From contig NC_091283.1 of the NCBI RefSeq assembly GCF_032444005.1, positions 54,002,001 to 54,066,000 on the forward strand: a stretch of DNA of 64,000 nucleotides, read 5' to 3'. The first letter of the stretch is position 1; every line of letters begins with the position of its first letter. A model generated the notes under the pieces. That model did not search any database, was not told where the DNA came from, and saw nothing but the letters and a program-made list of their open reading frames with translations. Below are positions 32,766-44,062 of the stretch, piece by piece. The DNA comes from Ranitomeya imitator (lineage: Eukaryota). The position numbers and the translations under genes are program-made.

Positions 32766-33583
32766 TGACAACAGAATGACATGAAAAAGAAATTTTCCGT
32801 CCCAAACGAGCGCTTGTAAAGAGATATCACTGAGACCGCTGCAAGATGTGTTATGGATCGGAGTGAGAGCACACCGGTATTAGTAAAAATGAGCTTACTA
32901 CAGATGGGCTGGAGGAACCGGTGGCACCCAGATGTCCTGGAACTACAAGTCTCAGCATGTGGCCATGCAGTTAGAGAACAGCTGGGAGCCTGGAGTTACG
33001 CAAGGCTACGTTTGATGCCAGATGACATATCCCTAGTAAATGGAAATCTGCTGTTTGAAGAAGCAGTCCGGGTCGCGGCTCGCCCGCAGACACGGATGTC
33101 CATGCTAATACATAGTATTACAAACGTCCATATGTTTCACGCTTCTTAGAACAGAAGCTATATTCAGGTTTCAGCCGCCAGTGTGAGGCAGCAAATCAAA
33201 GCAAATCATTATATTAATTCAGCATGGGCACCATCCCAGTCACCGGTATTCATTCCGACACGTTCCAGCCTGGAACCTTATCCAGTGTAAACATAGGTGC
33301 AAATTGGATGGATCCCTTTAAGAAGAGGTGTCAGAATGTCGTCGTGTAGGTTAAAGAGCCGCCAACGTCTCTGTGGAGTGGGGGGTCCTGCTGATTTAGT
33401 CCATACTAGGCCCCTATAACAGTCTTTGAACTCTGTATGCACCTGGAATTTGGTAGTCCACAACCATGAACGTTCATAGTCACCTTTCACAGCAAGATGT
33501 CAAGTTCTTGCTCCGAGTGCAAGTTCTTGAGATAAGGCACTTGGCTAAATGTATTTGGTCCCGAGATACATCGCGTCAAACTC

Positions 33584-34036
33584 CTAAACGCACACGTACT
33601 TTTTCCACCAAGCTTTAGAAAGAGTCTTCATCTTGCTAGCCGTGGCGGCCATTTTTCTCTCCCTCTGGTTTCTCAGGTCGGAGTATCGGATGCCCGATAG
33701 TATGGCCGTGTCAAAGACATCTTTCAGGTTCTTCTGGGTAAGAGCAGAACATTCGACGTAGGCGACCGCCCCGATTTTTTCAGCGAGGGCCCTGGCAGAG
33801 GATGGGGGCACAGGTTTCTCCCGATACCGTGCCAACTGGATGAGGACCTTGACATCCTCTCGGAGGTCACACTGTGTGCCCACCAGGATGAGAGGCACGT
33901 TGGGGCAGTGAGTTTGTATCTCCGAGATCCACTTCTCTGATATGTTCTGAAAAGAAGATGGGCTCACGACGCTGAAACACAGGATGACCACGTCGGTTTT
34001 GGGGTAGCAGAAGTGACGCAGCTTGTCGAATTCATC
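33584..34036 (-). CDS. RHOU-like: RhoU/RhoV-family GTPase, exon 3 (last coding exon)
   Basis: Acceptor TTTCTCTTTTCAG|GAT; encodes [31 protein letters not shown]...[10 protein letters not shown]...[11 protein letters not shown]...WWKKYVCV*, very close to human RhoU. Confidence 0.95.
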   Translation of the reverse strand, partial: DEFDKLRHFCYPKTDVVILCFSVVSPSSFQNISEKWISEIQTHCPNVPLILVGTQCDLREDVKVLIQLARYREKPVPPSSARALAEKIGAVAYVECSALTQKNLKDVFDTAILSGIRYSDLRNQRERKMAATASKMKTLSKAWWKKYVCV

Positions 34037-34348
34037 CTGAAAAGAGAAAGAAATAGGAGTTTATGGATGTGTCTCCAGAAGAAGACGACACGAACTATGG
34101 GGCACGAACGATGTACGATGGACAACCCTAGAAGATATGAAGTCTGCTCCTCAGGTGGCACATGTCAGGGTGAAGGCAACAGTGTCCATCCCTCCCACTG
34201 CAAGGTGCTGGTGGGCAAAGGAGGACATGGAATCTGTTCTGCAGGTTGACACAGATCTAAAATATGGCGTCTCTACCTCCCTACAGGGATATACATAGAA
34301 GGAGTCACGCAATATGAGGCCTGACATACAATCCAGCTGAGCACTCAC

Positions 34349-34407
34349 CTGCCCGGCGGTGTCACAAAGCTGAAGCTTGACGGGGGTGTTCTCTACTTGC
34401 ACCAGAG
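34349..34407 (-). CDS. RHOU-like: RhoU/RhoV-family GTPase, exon 2 (59 nt)
   Basis: TTTTTTTTTCCAG|CT...CAG|GTGAGT; (A)LVQVENTPVKLQLCDTAGQ contains the G3 box; phases match both neighbouring exons. Confidence 0.95.
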
Positions 34408-34875
34408 CTGGAAAAAAAAAAATGACGTCACCATTAACCATTTGCAAACAATCCAGACATTTGTACACAATCCTATATTCCTACAAACTACAATGTGACA
34501 TGGACAGGACAAGACTCCGATACTGCGGAATCTCGATAAGCAGCTGACACAATACGGGGATCTATTGTAAAATGTGACGTTATAAGATCTGACCCAAACC
34601 TGGTAAGTCCTGAATCAAGACTCGTACATTCCCAAATAGAAAAAAAAAAGGTGTCCTATAATGTCCTAATATAGGATCCCTTTCACGAATGCCCCGGAAA
34701 CCCTGTGCAATCAGCCTAAACTTGACGTGCAAGGAATACAAGCAAATCCGAGAAAAAAAGACCTTCTCGCCTCCCTTTACATGCAGATCACAGAGAAGAA
34801 AAATCGCCCAAATATGAATTCTAGGTGAAAAATGTAATTAACCCATATGCAATTTTTCAGAAAAATTTGTCCTAC

Positions 34876-35095
34876 CTGAGAAGTCATCGAAGGCGGTGGG
34901 AATGTATCGTGTTGGGTAACCATTGGTGGTGTAGCTGACCAGAAGGCTGGTCTTTCCTACTGCCCCATCTCCTAGTAGGACGCATTTGAGGTTCCTTTCT
35001 TGATCTCCGGTGGTTGGTAGGGGTTTAGGCTTGTGTGGTGGCACAGGGGGTGCAAAGTGTGACGTGTATTCCATGGACATCTCTTGAGGGGGCAT
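34876..35095 (-). CDS. RHOU-like: RhoU/RhoV-family GTPase, first coding exon (220 nt); whole CDS 732 nt = 243 aa
   Basis: MPPQ start, PPVPPHK proline motif, P-loop GDGAVGKT, effector region [20 protein letters not shown]; donor G|GTAGGA. Confidence 0.95.
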
Positions 35096-35143
35096 TATCC
35101 TCTGGTCTCGGAGTGTCCACCTTGCCAGGTTTCTACAGGTATA

Positions 35144-35622
35144 CTGTTTCAGGAAAGGAGAAAATGACTTTTTAAAATCGCTTTCCCCCTCCCTCTTTGT
35201 GTAACACCCCCTTCACTCTTGGGAACTCTACAGGCCAGGGGCTGGGATGGGGAGAAGGAGGAGCTGCAGACAGTCTGGGATAATCAGTGTGGAGAGATGG
35301 GGAGGACTTTCTGGGATTGATGTGGTGGGGGGAGGTGGAAGGACTGGGAGGAGGGAGTCAGAGCCTTCTATAGAGATCTGAGCTTTTTCACAGAAGAGTT
35401 TTGCAGAGAACTGAGAAGGCAAATCCAAGTTCCTGTAGACTCTGCTCCAACAGATCTGGGAAACTGAAGAGTTAAAAGCTTCGCCTTCATAAAATCTCCA
35501 CCCTGAAAGAAGTTCAGATCCTGTACAATGGACTTTTTCTAAGAAGTCCTCAATTTTAACCCTTGAAGGGGTAGAACACAATGAGTGTGGGAAGATCCTG
35601 AGCTTTAACCCTGTAATATTAC
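35144..35622 (-). other. Possible 5' UTR intron of the RhoU-like gene
   Basis: Donor GCAG|GTAATA at 35622 and acceptor TTTTCTCCTTTCCTGAAACAG| at 35144; a TATAAA lies near 35955 on the minus strand. No transcript evidence. Confidence 0.4.
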
Positions 35623-36319
35623 CTGCCTAATACTATAATCCTGCTTTGCAAGAGCTTATATTCTTATACCGGTGGAGCATTAAGACGTCTAATGTCTTCA
35701 AAGTGCGCCAGTATCCCGTCGGCTCTTGGGCTGCCAACGCATTTCGGATCAGTGTTATTGGGATAGAGATCAAACCATAAAGTGAATTATTAGAGGTGTC
35801 CCAGAATACGCGGTACACCCCCCAGGGCTGTATAGGGAGAAGCCTACACTTGTCAGACTCCTCTACTTAAGTTACTCCTAGAGAAGAATAGCCCCGGGGT
35901 CTCGCTCTACAAATGATGTCATGGCGTGCCCTATTTATCGGCGTCACCACATTTATACTAGCCAACATCAGAGGCGTAGTGAGCTGCGCTGCCAAAGCTT
36001 TACCTTGGCCCAGCAGCTGACTGGCATTGACATCTCATGCCGCAGTTTATGGTGATGACATGCGATATCGCTTCCGTATATAACCTGAAAGTTAATTATT
36101 TGCAGGCAGAGAGGCAGCTTAAAGGGGTTGACTCATCCTACTGAACGGGCATGGTAAAAACAAGCAACTTTGCAATTTTTTCCTTTTACTTAAAATCCTC
36201 TCAGTTTTTTTAAATTCTACAGTTCGCTGCTCGTGGCCAAAAGCTACAGAAAGGAGAGAGGCGTGCAGGAGACCAAGGACGAAAAAGGTTGATCTGGGCC
36301 GATAAGTATAAAAAAGTTA

Positions 36320-36395
36320 CAATTGATTTCAACGCGTTTCGCAGTTGAACCTTCTTCCTCAGGGATCAGTAGATTCTGCTCCGAAACGCGTTGCG
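36320..36395. other. Decayed inverted pair of hammerhead-like motifs (Penelope-type remnant)
   Basis: Minus strand CTGAGGA...GAAACGCGTT; plus strand CCGAAACGCGTT at 36381. Confidence 0.4.
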
Positions 36396-37659
36396 GTAAA
36401 TTGAGAGTTTCTAATACTTACCGCCTGGATTAACCATTGTCAGCGGCAGCGCCCGGGATCCACCACACTCCTCTCACCTTGGAGAAGCAATCACCATTGG
36501 ATTATACAGTACATCACTCTTCTTCGCGTAGTTGTACCGTACGCAGCCTGATCAGGGGAGCGACCAACCCTCCGACTCAGGTTCACCTGTGGCCTATGGT
36601 GTTATAGATGGAGCGCCTCTTGTTTTTTTTATTTATCCAGGCCACATCAAGAGGCACGCGCTTACAAGCTGTTGGCTTTACAGCTCGCAAGCGCTACTCT
36701 GGATCCAATTTCAGTGTCCGATGCAAAAGCTGCCTCTGTCAGCAGCACAGCTCAGCCAAGTCACCGGCCCAAACTGTCAGTCATTATTATCCCACCACCA
36801 CCCTCAAGCACACAGGTTTGGGATGCTATCTTTGCCCGGCCAAAGCCACCAGGAGGCCAAATTGTAGACATGTCGTATGTAATACACAGATGAATGCATC
36901 TTTACCTCAAAACTAGTGCTCGGATAAGATGTTATCATGCTCGGGTGCTAACCGGCGTGCTCTAAAAGTATGTTCCAGTCCCCGTGGCCTAACAGTCAAT
37001 ACCTGCCTACGTTGCGGCTGGCAAACAGCCACGAGACATGAAGCCGCGGGGACTCGAACATACTTTTCGAGCACCCAGAAGACACTCAGTTAGCTCCCCG
37101 ATAGCACCTTATCCCAGCACATTCCCTCATCACACGCTTTGATGACCAACCTAGGAGATCCCAGCAATGACCAACATGTGGATGAGCCATTAGGCCTCCT
37201 CTTTATCCCCTCAGTGAAAACGAACACCTCAGGTGTTAATAGCGCCACTTTATCTGTCAGGCCCACTCCCCAAGGCCCTTGCATCTGTCCCCACTGACTG
37301 CACAGAGTGGGCAGCTGTTAGTGCCTGAGGAGCAGGAGCCCACCCAGCGTGGCCTTCTCCAAACACCCAGTAAGCAGAGAGAGCGGCTCCCTGTTACTGT
37401 TTATATTAGGGGATTGTAGGATTATTGCCACGATAATGTTTGATGCCGACGGTGTGAACCATTCGCCTGACGTCTTTGATTTTTCCCTCCTAGTATCGAA
37501 ATAGTCCTGCATGTATTTATTCACTGGCGGAATAATATATCTTGTGCAATATGGCCGCCAGTGAACATGATCCCTGCAATTCTTCTATAGGGTCCAGTGT
37601 GACCTTATGTCGGAGCCAGACAAGCAAAAATCACAAAATTGAGACTGGCTCCAGGTTTA

Positions 37660-38450
37660 TGGGAATTTTTTTGGCCCCTCTTTCCTTTCAATTTTTACTT
37701 CTCACCTGCTGCCAAGAGCTATAACTTTTTTTGATTTTTTTGGTTAACAGAGGGCTATTTTTTTTTTTGCGGTGCAGGTTTCTGTCATCACTATTTTCGG
37801 GATCCAATCGACTTTCTGATCTCTTATTATTTCTAATTTTTTTTTTTTTTTTAAAGTTCTTTTTTTTTGCTTTTTTACTTTTTTTTAATTTTTAGTTTTG
37901 TCGATCACTGTAGTGGATAAATATTATAATCTTTTATAAGATTAGATCATTATGCTGGCAGAGATACCAAATATGTTTTCTTTTTTTTTTAGATTTTTAG
38001 CTTAATTTCTTTCTGTAAAAAGTCGGGTGATATGAACTTTTATATTTTTTATTTAAAAAAATCTTTCCTCTTTTATATATATATTTTTTTATTGCCCCTT
38101 ATTGCTAGCAGACTTGAACCTGCCATCACTATATCACTTGTACGATATGCCGCAATATTGTGCTTTTTATTTGTAAAATTAAAATTTGCACACTTTTGAG
38201 GCCCCGGGTCATCGGCAGCCCATTTCCAACCTCTTAAATGCTGCTAGCATGATTGACAGCTGCATTTTAGGGGTTAAACTTCTGCAATTGGAGCCAACAG
38301 ATAGTTTACAATGGCGGCTGTGTAGCACAGCCGCCACCTGTGCAGAATAGAGCCTGCGCACCTGCCAGACGTGTATGGCTGATGCTGTAAATCGAAAAAT
38401 GGACACAGTAAGCCCCTTAGGTGCTGTGGGACCCCGGACCTTAGCCGGGC
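37660..38450. mobile_element. Decayed relative of the piggyBac-like non-autonomous element at 54622-55902
   Basis: Shares internal words with that element (AGAGCTATAACTTTTTTT, TGACAGCTGCATTT, poly-T tracts); ends not resolved. Confidence 0.4.
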
Positions 38451-39438
38451 GCTGGCAGTTGTGATGCAGAAGGTCCATTATTTCACATCACCATACAATC
38501 CATACAGAGCTTTGTGCATAACGCCTCGGTGATTGCTAGATCTTTCTCCTTGTCACAACATATCTCACACTTGGCTCCCTATCTGCTGTAGAACTACTGT
38601 TACCAGCATAACTCGGGAGCAGGAAAAGAGCAGGTCACATGGGGGCCAAAATCTAACACAGTATAAATAGGCTATGACATTCATAAGAAATGTATCTGCT
38701 GCCTCCTTGTGGTCACAAAGATGTATTACATATCTTAATATTACTGGCGGGTTTTTTAGGCCTTTCGGCCCTTAAGACTATGTGCAGTCGAATTTTTTGA
38801 GGCAATGAGTTTTTCAAGCAGTAAAAAAATTCCTCCTTTCTTCAGAAGATCACAGCGTAGTTTCAGATAATAATGAGCACGCATTAATGTACCAGAAAAC
38901 TGATATTCATCCGCATTTATCCTGTCACTAAAGCCTCCATCGTCTTTTTCAAGGAAGTCCACTTTAATAAATATTGAAATGACTTCGCCTGCCCCCTGCA
39001 CACACCACAACACTGCTGCCGCCATTTACATAGGACACAACATCACTATATTAACCCTTGTAATGATATTATAATGAGCCGACACTTAGCACCTGTGTGT
39101 CAATGGGCTGCTCATTTCCTTTACAGTGGGGGGTGTTAGCCCATGCTGACCCCATTACAAAGCCATGGGAAAAGGGGGATGAGACAATTCCCAGGGTCTT
39201 TTATACAGGCAATTGGTCTGATATAAACGGTTGGTTTCTGGGACCGATGATCATGGTTCTTCATAGCACCTCCATATAGTCCTAGATTTGCCGAGCCACC
39301 ATCAGTTGTGCCTCAGACACCTATCGGGAGAAAAGGCGTCCCGTAAACATGGCGGTAAGGCTTGAGATGGCCTGAAATAGAATGGCGGTCTATAGAGAGC
39401 CCAGTCCATGGGCCACAAGGTCCTCAATGTGACCATAA

Positions 39439-40605
39439 GGGCTCATCTCCACTTGTGTGAGAAAAAAACGGTCCGATTTACGGACCGAAAAAACTGATGT
39501 AACGTCTGCGAGTGCCATGCGATTTTTTTATCGCAACATCCGTATGACATCCGTATTGCTGTCCGATTTTTACGCACGGGTCTCCTTTGAAAAGCCGGTA
39601 ATTCAGCGCAGAGTACAGTAAAATCACAGTGACAGGTTAGATTAGAGTAGATATATACACATAGAATAGGTATATATACATATATATATATGTCAGGGAG
39701 ACACCTATATATATATATATTTATATTTAATGCAGCGCTAGATAGCTTTAAAGCTGGTAATTCAATTGTCGGCTTTTGCTTTCTCCTTCACAAACCCGAC
39801 ATGATATGAGACCTGGTTTACATACAGTAAACCATCTCATATCACCATTTTTTTTGCATATTCCACACTACTAATGTTAGTAGTGTGTATATGCAAAATT
39901 TGGGCGTTCTATTATATTTAAGGGTTAAATGGCGGAAAAAATTGGCGTGGGCTCCCGCACAATTTTCTCCGCCATTTAACCCTTAAATATAATAGCTAGA
40001 ACGCCCAAATTTTGCATATACACACTACTAACATTAGTAGTGTGGAATATGCAAAAAAAATGGTGATATGAGATGGTTTACTGTATGTAAACCAGGTCTC
40101 ATATCATGTCGGGTTTGTGAAGGAGAAAGCAAAAGCCGGTAATTGAATTACCAGCTTTAAAGCTATCTAGCGCTGCATTAAATATAAATATATATATATA
40201 TAGGTGTCTCCCTGACATATATATATGTATATATACCTATTCTATGTGTATATATCTACTCTCATCTAACCTGTCACTGTGATTTTACTGTACTCTGCGC
40301 TGAATTGCCGGCTTTTCTAAGGACACGGGTGCGTAAAAATCGGACAGCACTCGCATGGTGCGAGTGCTGTGCGTTTTTTTTCTCGCACCCATTGACTTGC
40401 ATTGGCGAGTCTCGTCCGAGAATCTCAGCAATGCGCAGCATGCTGCGATTTTTTTCTCAGCTGACACAGATTTTTCTCAGTCCGATTTCGGCTGGGAAAA
40501 AAATCGCAAATGGAGTGTCACATATTGATTAACATTGGTCCGAGTGCAATCCGATTTTTTATCGGATTGCACTCGTCCGTTTTCCTCACAAGTGGAGATG
40601 AGCCC
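39439..40605. mobile_element. PIF/Harbinger-type MITE with a ~730-bp internal palindrome
   Basis: TAA TSD at 39436-39438 and 40606-40608; TIR GGGCTCATCTCCACTTGTG; internal arms ~39590-39950 and ~39960-40320 are near-perfect reverse complements. Confidence 0.9.
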
Positions 40606-40950
40606 TAAGGAGGGAGGAGGTGAAACGAGACGTGATCATCAGTGGTGCTTCTAGTGGTGTCCGGATCATGGAAAAGAACCCATAAAAAAACACAAGTGTA
40701 ACGCAGCGTGCGATCAAGTCCTTACGGTGCCAAGAAAGTGCTTGAATTTCAAGAAATCTCAGGCACACGCTGGAAAATGTATCTGCAGCATCGACTGAAA
40801 ATAGCTGCGGGATTGAGATTCGAGGCATGTCAAATTCCACTGCGCACAGAAAAGCGTGAAATGTGTGGTGTCCCCGCAGATATCACTGCAACAACTCCTC
40901 TGTGGAAGGTCCGGAAATCTGCGGGGTTTTTGCTATGTGGGAACTTACCC

Positions 40951-41229
40951 TAAGGGGACACTGACACGGGCCGATTATTGGGAAGTGATACTTACTTGTG
41001 AATCCTCACATTGCTCGCACTGCACTCTGTAAGGATTCTCCGGTGTCGGGGCGTTCGCATAGGCGCAAGTATGTGATTTGCATACATTCGGTCACTTGCC
41101 AACTAGACGTGCAAGGCCTCTCTCAATGTAAGTGTATTCAGTGAGGCTGGACAAGTCTAGTCGGAATGTGCAGTGCGCGCGCAAAGAATCACTGCAAACT
41201 TGTAGCCTAAGCCTGGGCAAACCCTTTAA
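40951..41229. mobile_element. Decayed T2/Kolobok-like MITE
   Basis: Left end TAAGGGGACA, right end GGGCAAACCCTTTAA. Confidence 0.4.
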
Positions 41230-41441
41230 TGAATCGTAGCCAATTTATGTAATATTCAGGCATCAGAGACAGCAATAATCCACCTGTGCTGCCACCACTT
41301 CTGACACCTCACTCTTCTTTCTTTCCTGTGGCTGCAATTTTTCCACCAGTAGACATCTTGAATTTCCATGCAATTGGCTATTCATTAGTAGGTGAGAAAT
41401 ATTACTTTCGGAAATGTTGACAAAGTCAGCAGCCTGGACAT

Positions 41442-42003
41442 CCACAGAGTTTACATCCAGCCTATATTACAGAGAGAGACACTCCCACTAGAGACAATAT
41501 ATATATATACATATATAGGAGGTCCACATGAGAGACAGTACTTGTACATCTACCATGTGTGCCTCTTTTGGGTTCCTTCTGTCCCCTGACATCATCAGAA
41601 GACCCTCATGCACATAAGACAGTTGACAGGTCCACAGTTTAAATCCAGCCTATACTACAGATAGGGACACTCCCACTAGAGAATATATATATATATATAT
41701 TCATATATAGGATGTCCCTATGTAAGACAGTACTTGTACATCTACCATGTGTGCCTCTTTTGGGTTCCTTCTGTCCCTTAAAATCATCAGAGGGCCCGGC
41801 CTTATACACATAAGATGGTTGGCAGATCCACAGAGTTTACATCCAGCCTATATTACAGAGAGGGACACTCCCATTAGGGAAATAATATATATTCATATAT
41901 AGGGTGTCCATATGCAAGACAGTATTTGTACATCTACCATGTGTGCCTCTTTTGGGCTCCTTCTGTCCCCTGACATCATCAGGAGGCCCTCATACACATA
42001 AGT
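41442..42003. repeat. Three tandem copies of a ~190-bp unit
   Basis: CCACAGAGTTTACATCCAGCCTATA...GTACATCTACCATGTGTGCCTCTTTTGGGTTCCTTCTGTCCC starts at ~41442, ~41632 and ~41828. Confidence 0.9.
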
Positions 42004-42299
42004 TGGTTGGCCGGACCCTCCGATATTTGAGGGTTCGGACGTCAATGGCTGATTGATGAAGAGATACTGGAGATAAAGGGGTCCCTGTGTTTTGTTTGTA
42101 CGTCCTCTAAGGAAAGAGATTGGGGAGACTGGAAAAAAATACTCAAAAGCCGTTTATGATGTGAACCAACCTCTGGGGTCACAGATTTTTTCCATCTCAA
42201 GAAATTATCACTTCTGTCTATAGTCAAGGAAACCAAAAATTGCAAGGTATATATTAGGAAGTAACTTTATGTCTGAACTTAGGAGAAGCTGTATATGAG

Positions 42300-42305
42300 T
42301 TTATT
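42300..42305 (-). terminator. Probable MIA poly(A) signal
   Basis: AATAAA on the minus strand ~115 nt downstream of the MIA stop. Confidence 0.6.
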
Positions 42306-42420
42306 ATGACATCACTCGTATAGCCATTCATTATACATCACGGTGTGTTAGCTGACGGGAAGCCATAGGGGTTACACATCTTGTTGCTCTATTGTGCCGA
42401 TCTCCATGAGGTTGGAGCTG

Positions 42421-42444
42421 TCAGTGACACATGAAATCCCATTG
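42421..42444 (-). CDS. MIA: MIA exon 4 (24 nt)
   Basis: TTTCTTCCTTTTCAG|CAATGGGATTTCATGTGTCACTGA = QWDFMCH* (human KWDFYCQ*). Confidence 0.93.
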   Translation of the reverse strand, partial: QWDFMCH

Positions 42445-42865
42445 CTGAAAAGGAAGAAACAGAATAATGAAAAAGACAGGTAAAAAAAAAGCTTCTTGTT
42501 GTATCGAACTCACTGACAGATTCTTAGTTGACTCGTTCTGCATAGAGCAATAGACAGTCCAATGCAGTGCCAAACGCTGCAACATAATAGGGTGCACATA
42601 CCCTATACGGGAAGTGTCCACCTTTGGGAATATTTTTTTTTTAATTACTTTAATGTTTGCGGCTAAAAATAATTTTTTGCAATTGGGTTTTATTAAAAAA
42701 AAAAAAGTATGCACCCTTTGCCTTTTGTAGCCTCTGTGTGGCACAGTCTATTGACGGCTGCTTAATGAGTCAACTGAGAATCCGTTAGTGAGTTGGTCAT
42801 AACGGGGAAGTTTTCGTTTTTTGGGGTTTTGTAATCTGTACTTCGCTGAGTTCCGCTGCACTCAC

Positions 42866-42976
42866 GTCTGTTTTGACATCCACTTTTCCGGGCATTAAAT
42901 AATGTTCTTCTTCAACAATAGAACTTGGGAAGTAGCCCAACTTTGTTGTGTACTCGCCATATTCATCTCCTTGCAC
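42866..42976 (-). CDS. MIA: MIA exon 3 (111 nt)
   Basis: AATAG|GTG...GAC|GTGAGT; VQGDEYGEYTTKLGYFPSSIVEEEHYLMPGKVDVKTD. Confidence 0.95.
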
Positions 42977-43048
42977 CTATTAACAGAGCGCAGCGTGTCA
43001 TGTATGGCCGGTAATGACACCGTGAGTCATCTCTACATTCGTACTTAC

Positions 43049-43182
43049 ACTTCCGAGCCAGAACAGCCGCCCCCGGCCCTTTAACTTGGAGAATATATAC
43101 AAAGTTTGTCCGCGCCTGATGGGGATGAAGCGGCAATCAGGGGGGGTGTAGTCCGAGAGCGCCACCGCCATCGAGATGGGAT
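43049..43182 (-). CDS. MIA: MIA exon 2 (134 nt), SH3-like fold
   Basis: GACAG|AT...AGT|GTAAGT; (H)PISMAVALSDYTPPDCRFIPIRRGQTLYIFSKLKGRGRLFWLGS. Confidence 0.96.
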
Positions 43183-43264
43183 CTGTCCAGAGGAAAAACA
43201 TGTAAACCCATAATGTGTCCTACTGTGATATAGAGTCACACTAGAAGGACGTCAGCACATATTC

Positions 43265-43659
43265 CTCTCTTGTATGTGGTATTATTCAGTCACTATGTGG
43301 TAGTAATATGTGGTCCGGTCACGGTGTGGCGGCATTTGTCCCTTGTATGTGGTATTATTCAGTCACTATGTGGTGGTAATACAGTATATGGTCTGGTCAC
43401 GGTGTGGCGGCATTTGTCCCTTGTATGTGGTATTATTCAGTCACTATGTGGTAGTAATATGTGGTCCAGTCACGGTGTGGCGGCATTTGTCCCTTGTATG
43501 TGGTATTATTCAGTCACTATGTGGTGGTAATACAGTATATGGTCTGGTCACGGTGTGGCGGCATTTGACCCTTGTATGTGGTATTATTCAGTCACTATGT
43601 GGTAGTAATATGTGGTCCAGTCATGGTGTGGCGGCATTTGTCCCTTGTATGTGGTATTA
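43265..43659. repeat. Alternating 73/78-bp tandem repeat (151-bp dimer) in MIA intron 1
   Basis: TGTATG anchor at 43271, 43344, 43422, 43495, 43573 and 43646. Confidence 0.9.
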
Positions 43660-44062
43660 GGCTATGTGCACACGTTGCGGATTCTCTGCGGATCTGCAGC
43701 GTTTTTTGCAGTGCAGAAACGTTGCAGATCCACAATTGATTTACAGTACAATGTAAATTAATGAGAAAAAAAATGCTGTGCACACTTTGCGGAAAATCTG
43801 CTGCAGAAACGCTGCAGTTTAAAAGAAGTAGCATGTCACATCTTTTTTGTGATTTCTTAGTGTTTTTGTACCCATTCCATTATAGAAAACCGCAGGGGTA
43901 AAAACCGCAGCAAATCCGCAAGAAACTTCAACAAAAACGCACAAAAAACGCTGCGGAACCGCAAAAAAATTCGCTGCGGAACTACAGGTGCGTTTTCTGC
44001 CAGGAGAGGCAGAATCTGCACCAGAAATTCCTAAGCCTAATCCGCAACGTGTACACATAGCC
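43660..44062. mobile_element. Harbinger-type MITE inserted into the tandem repeat
   Basis: TTA TSD at 43657-43659 and 44063-44065; TIR GGCTATGTG(C/T)ACACGTTGCGGA. Confidence 0.92.

Noticed and set aside
30255-33500. Search for RAB4B exon 1, expected next by synteny
   Set aside because: No MAETY/MSETY-like start with a donor was found; the gene, if present, lies left of the window.
40564-40572. ATTGCAC as a second U1A-binding site
   Set aside because: It is a single heptamer inside a MITE without the required stem context.
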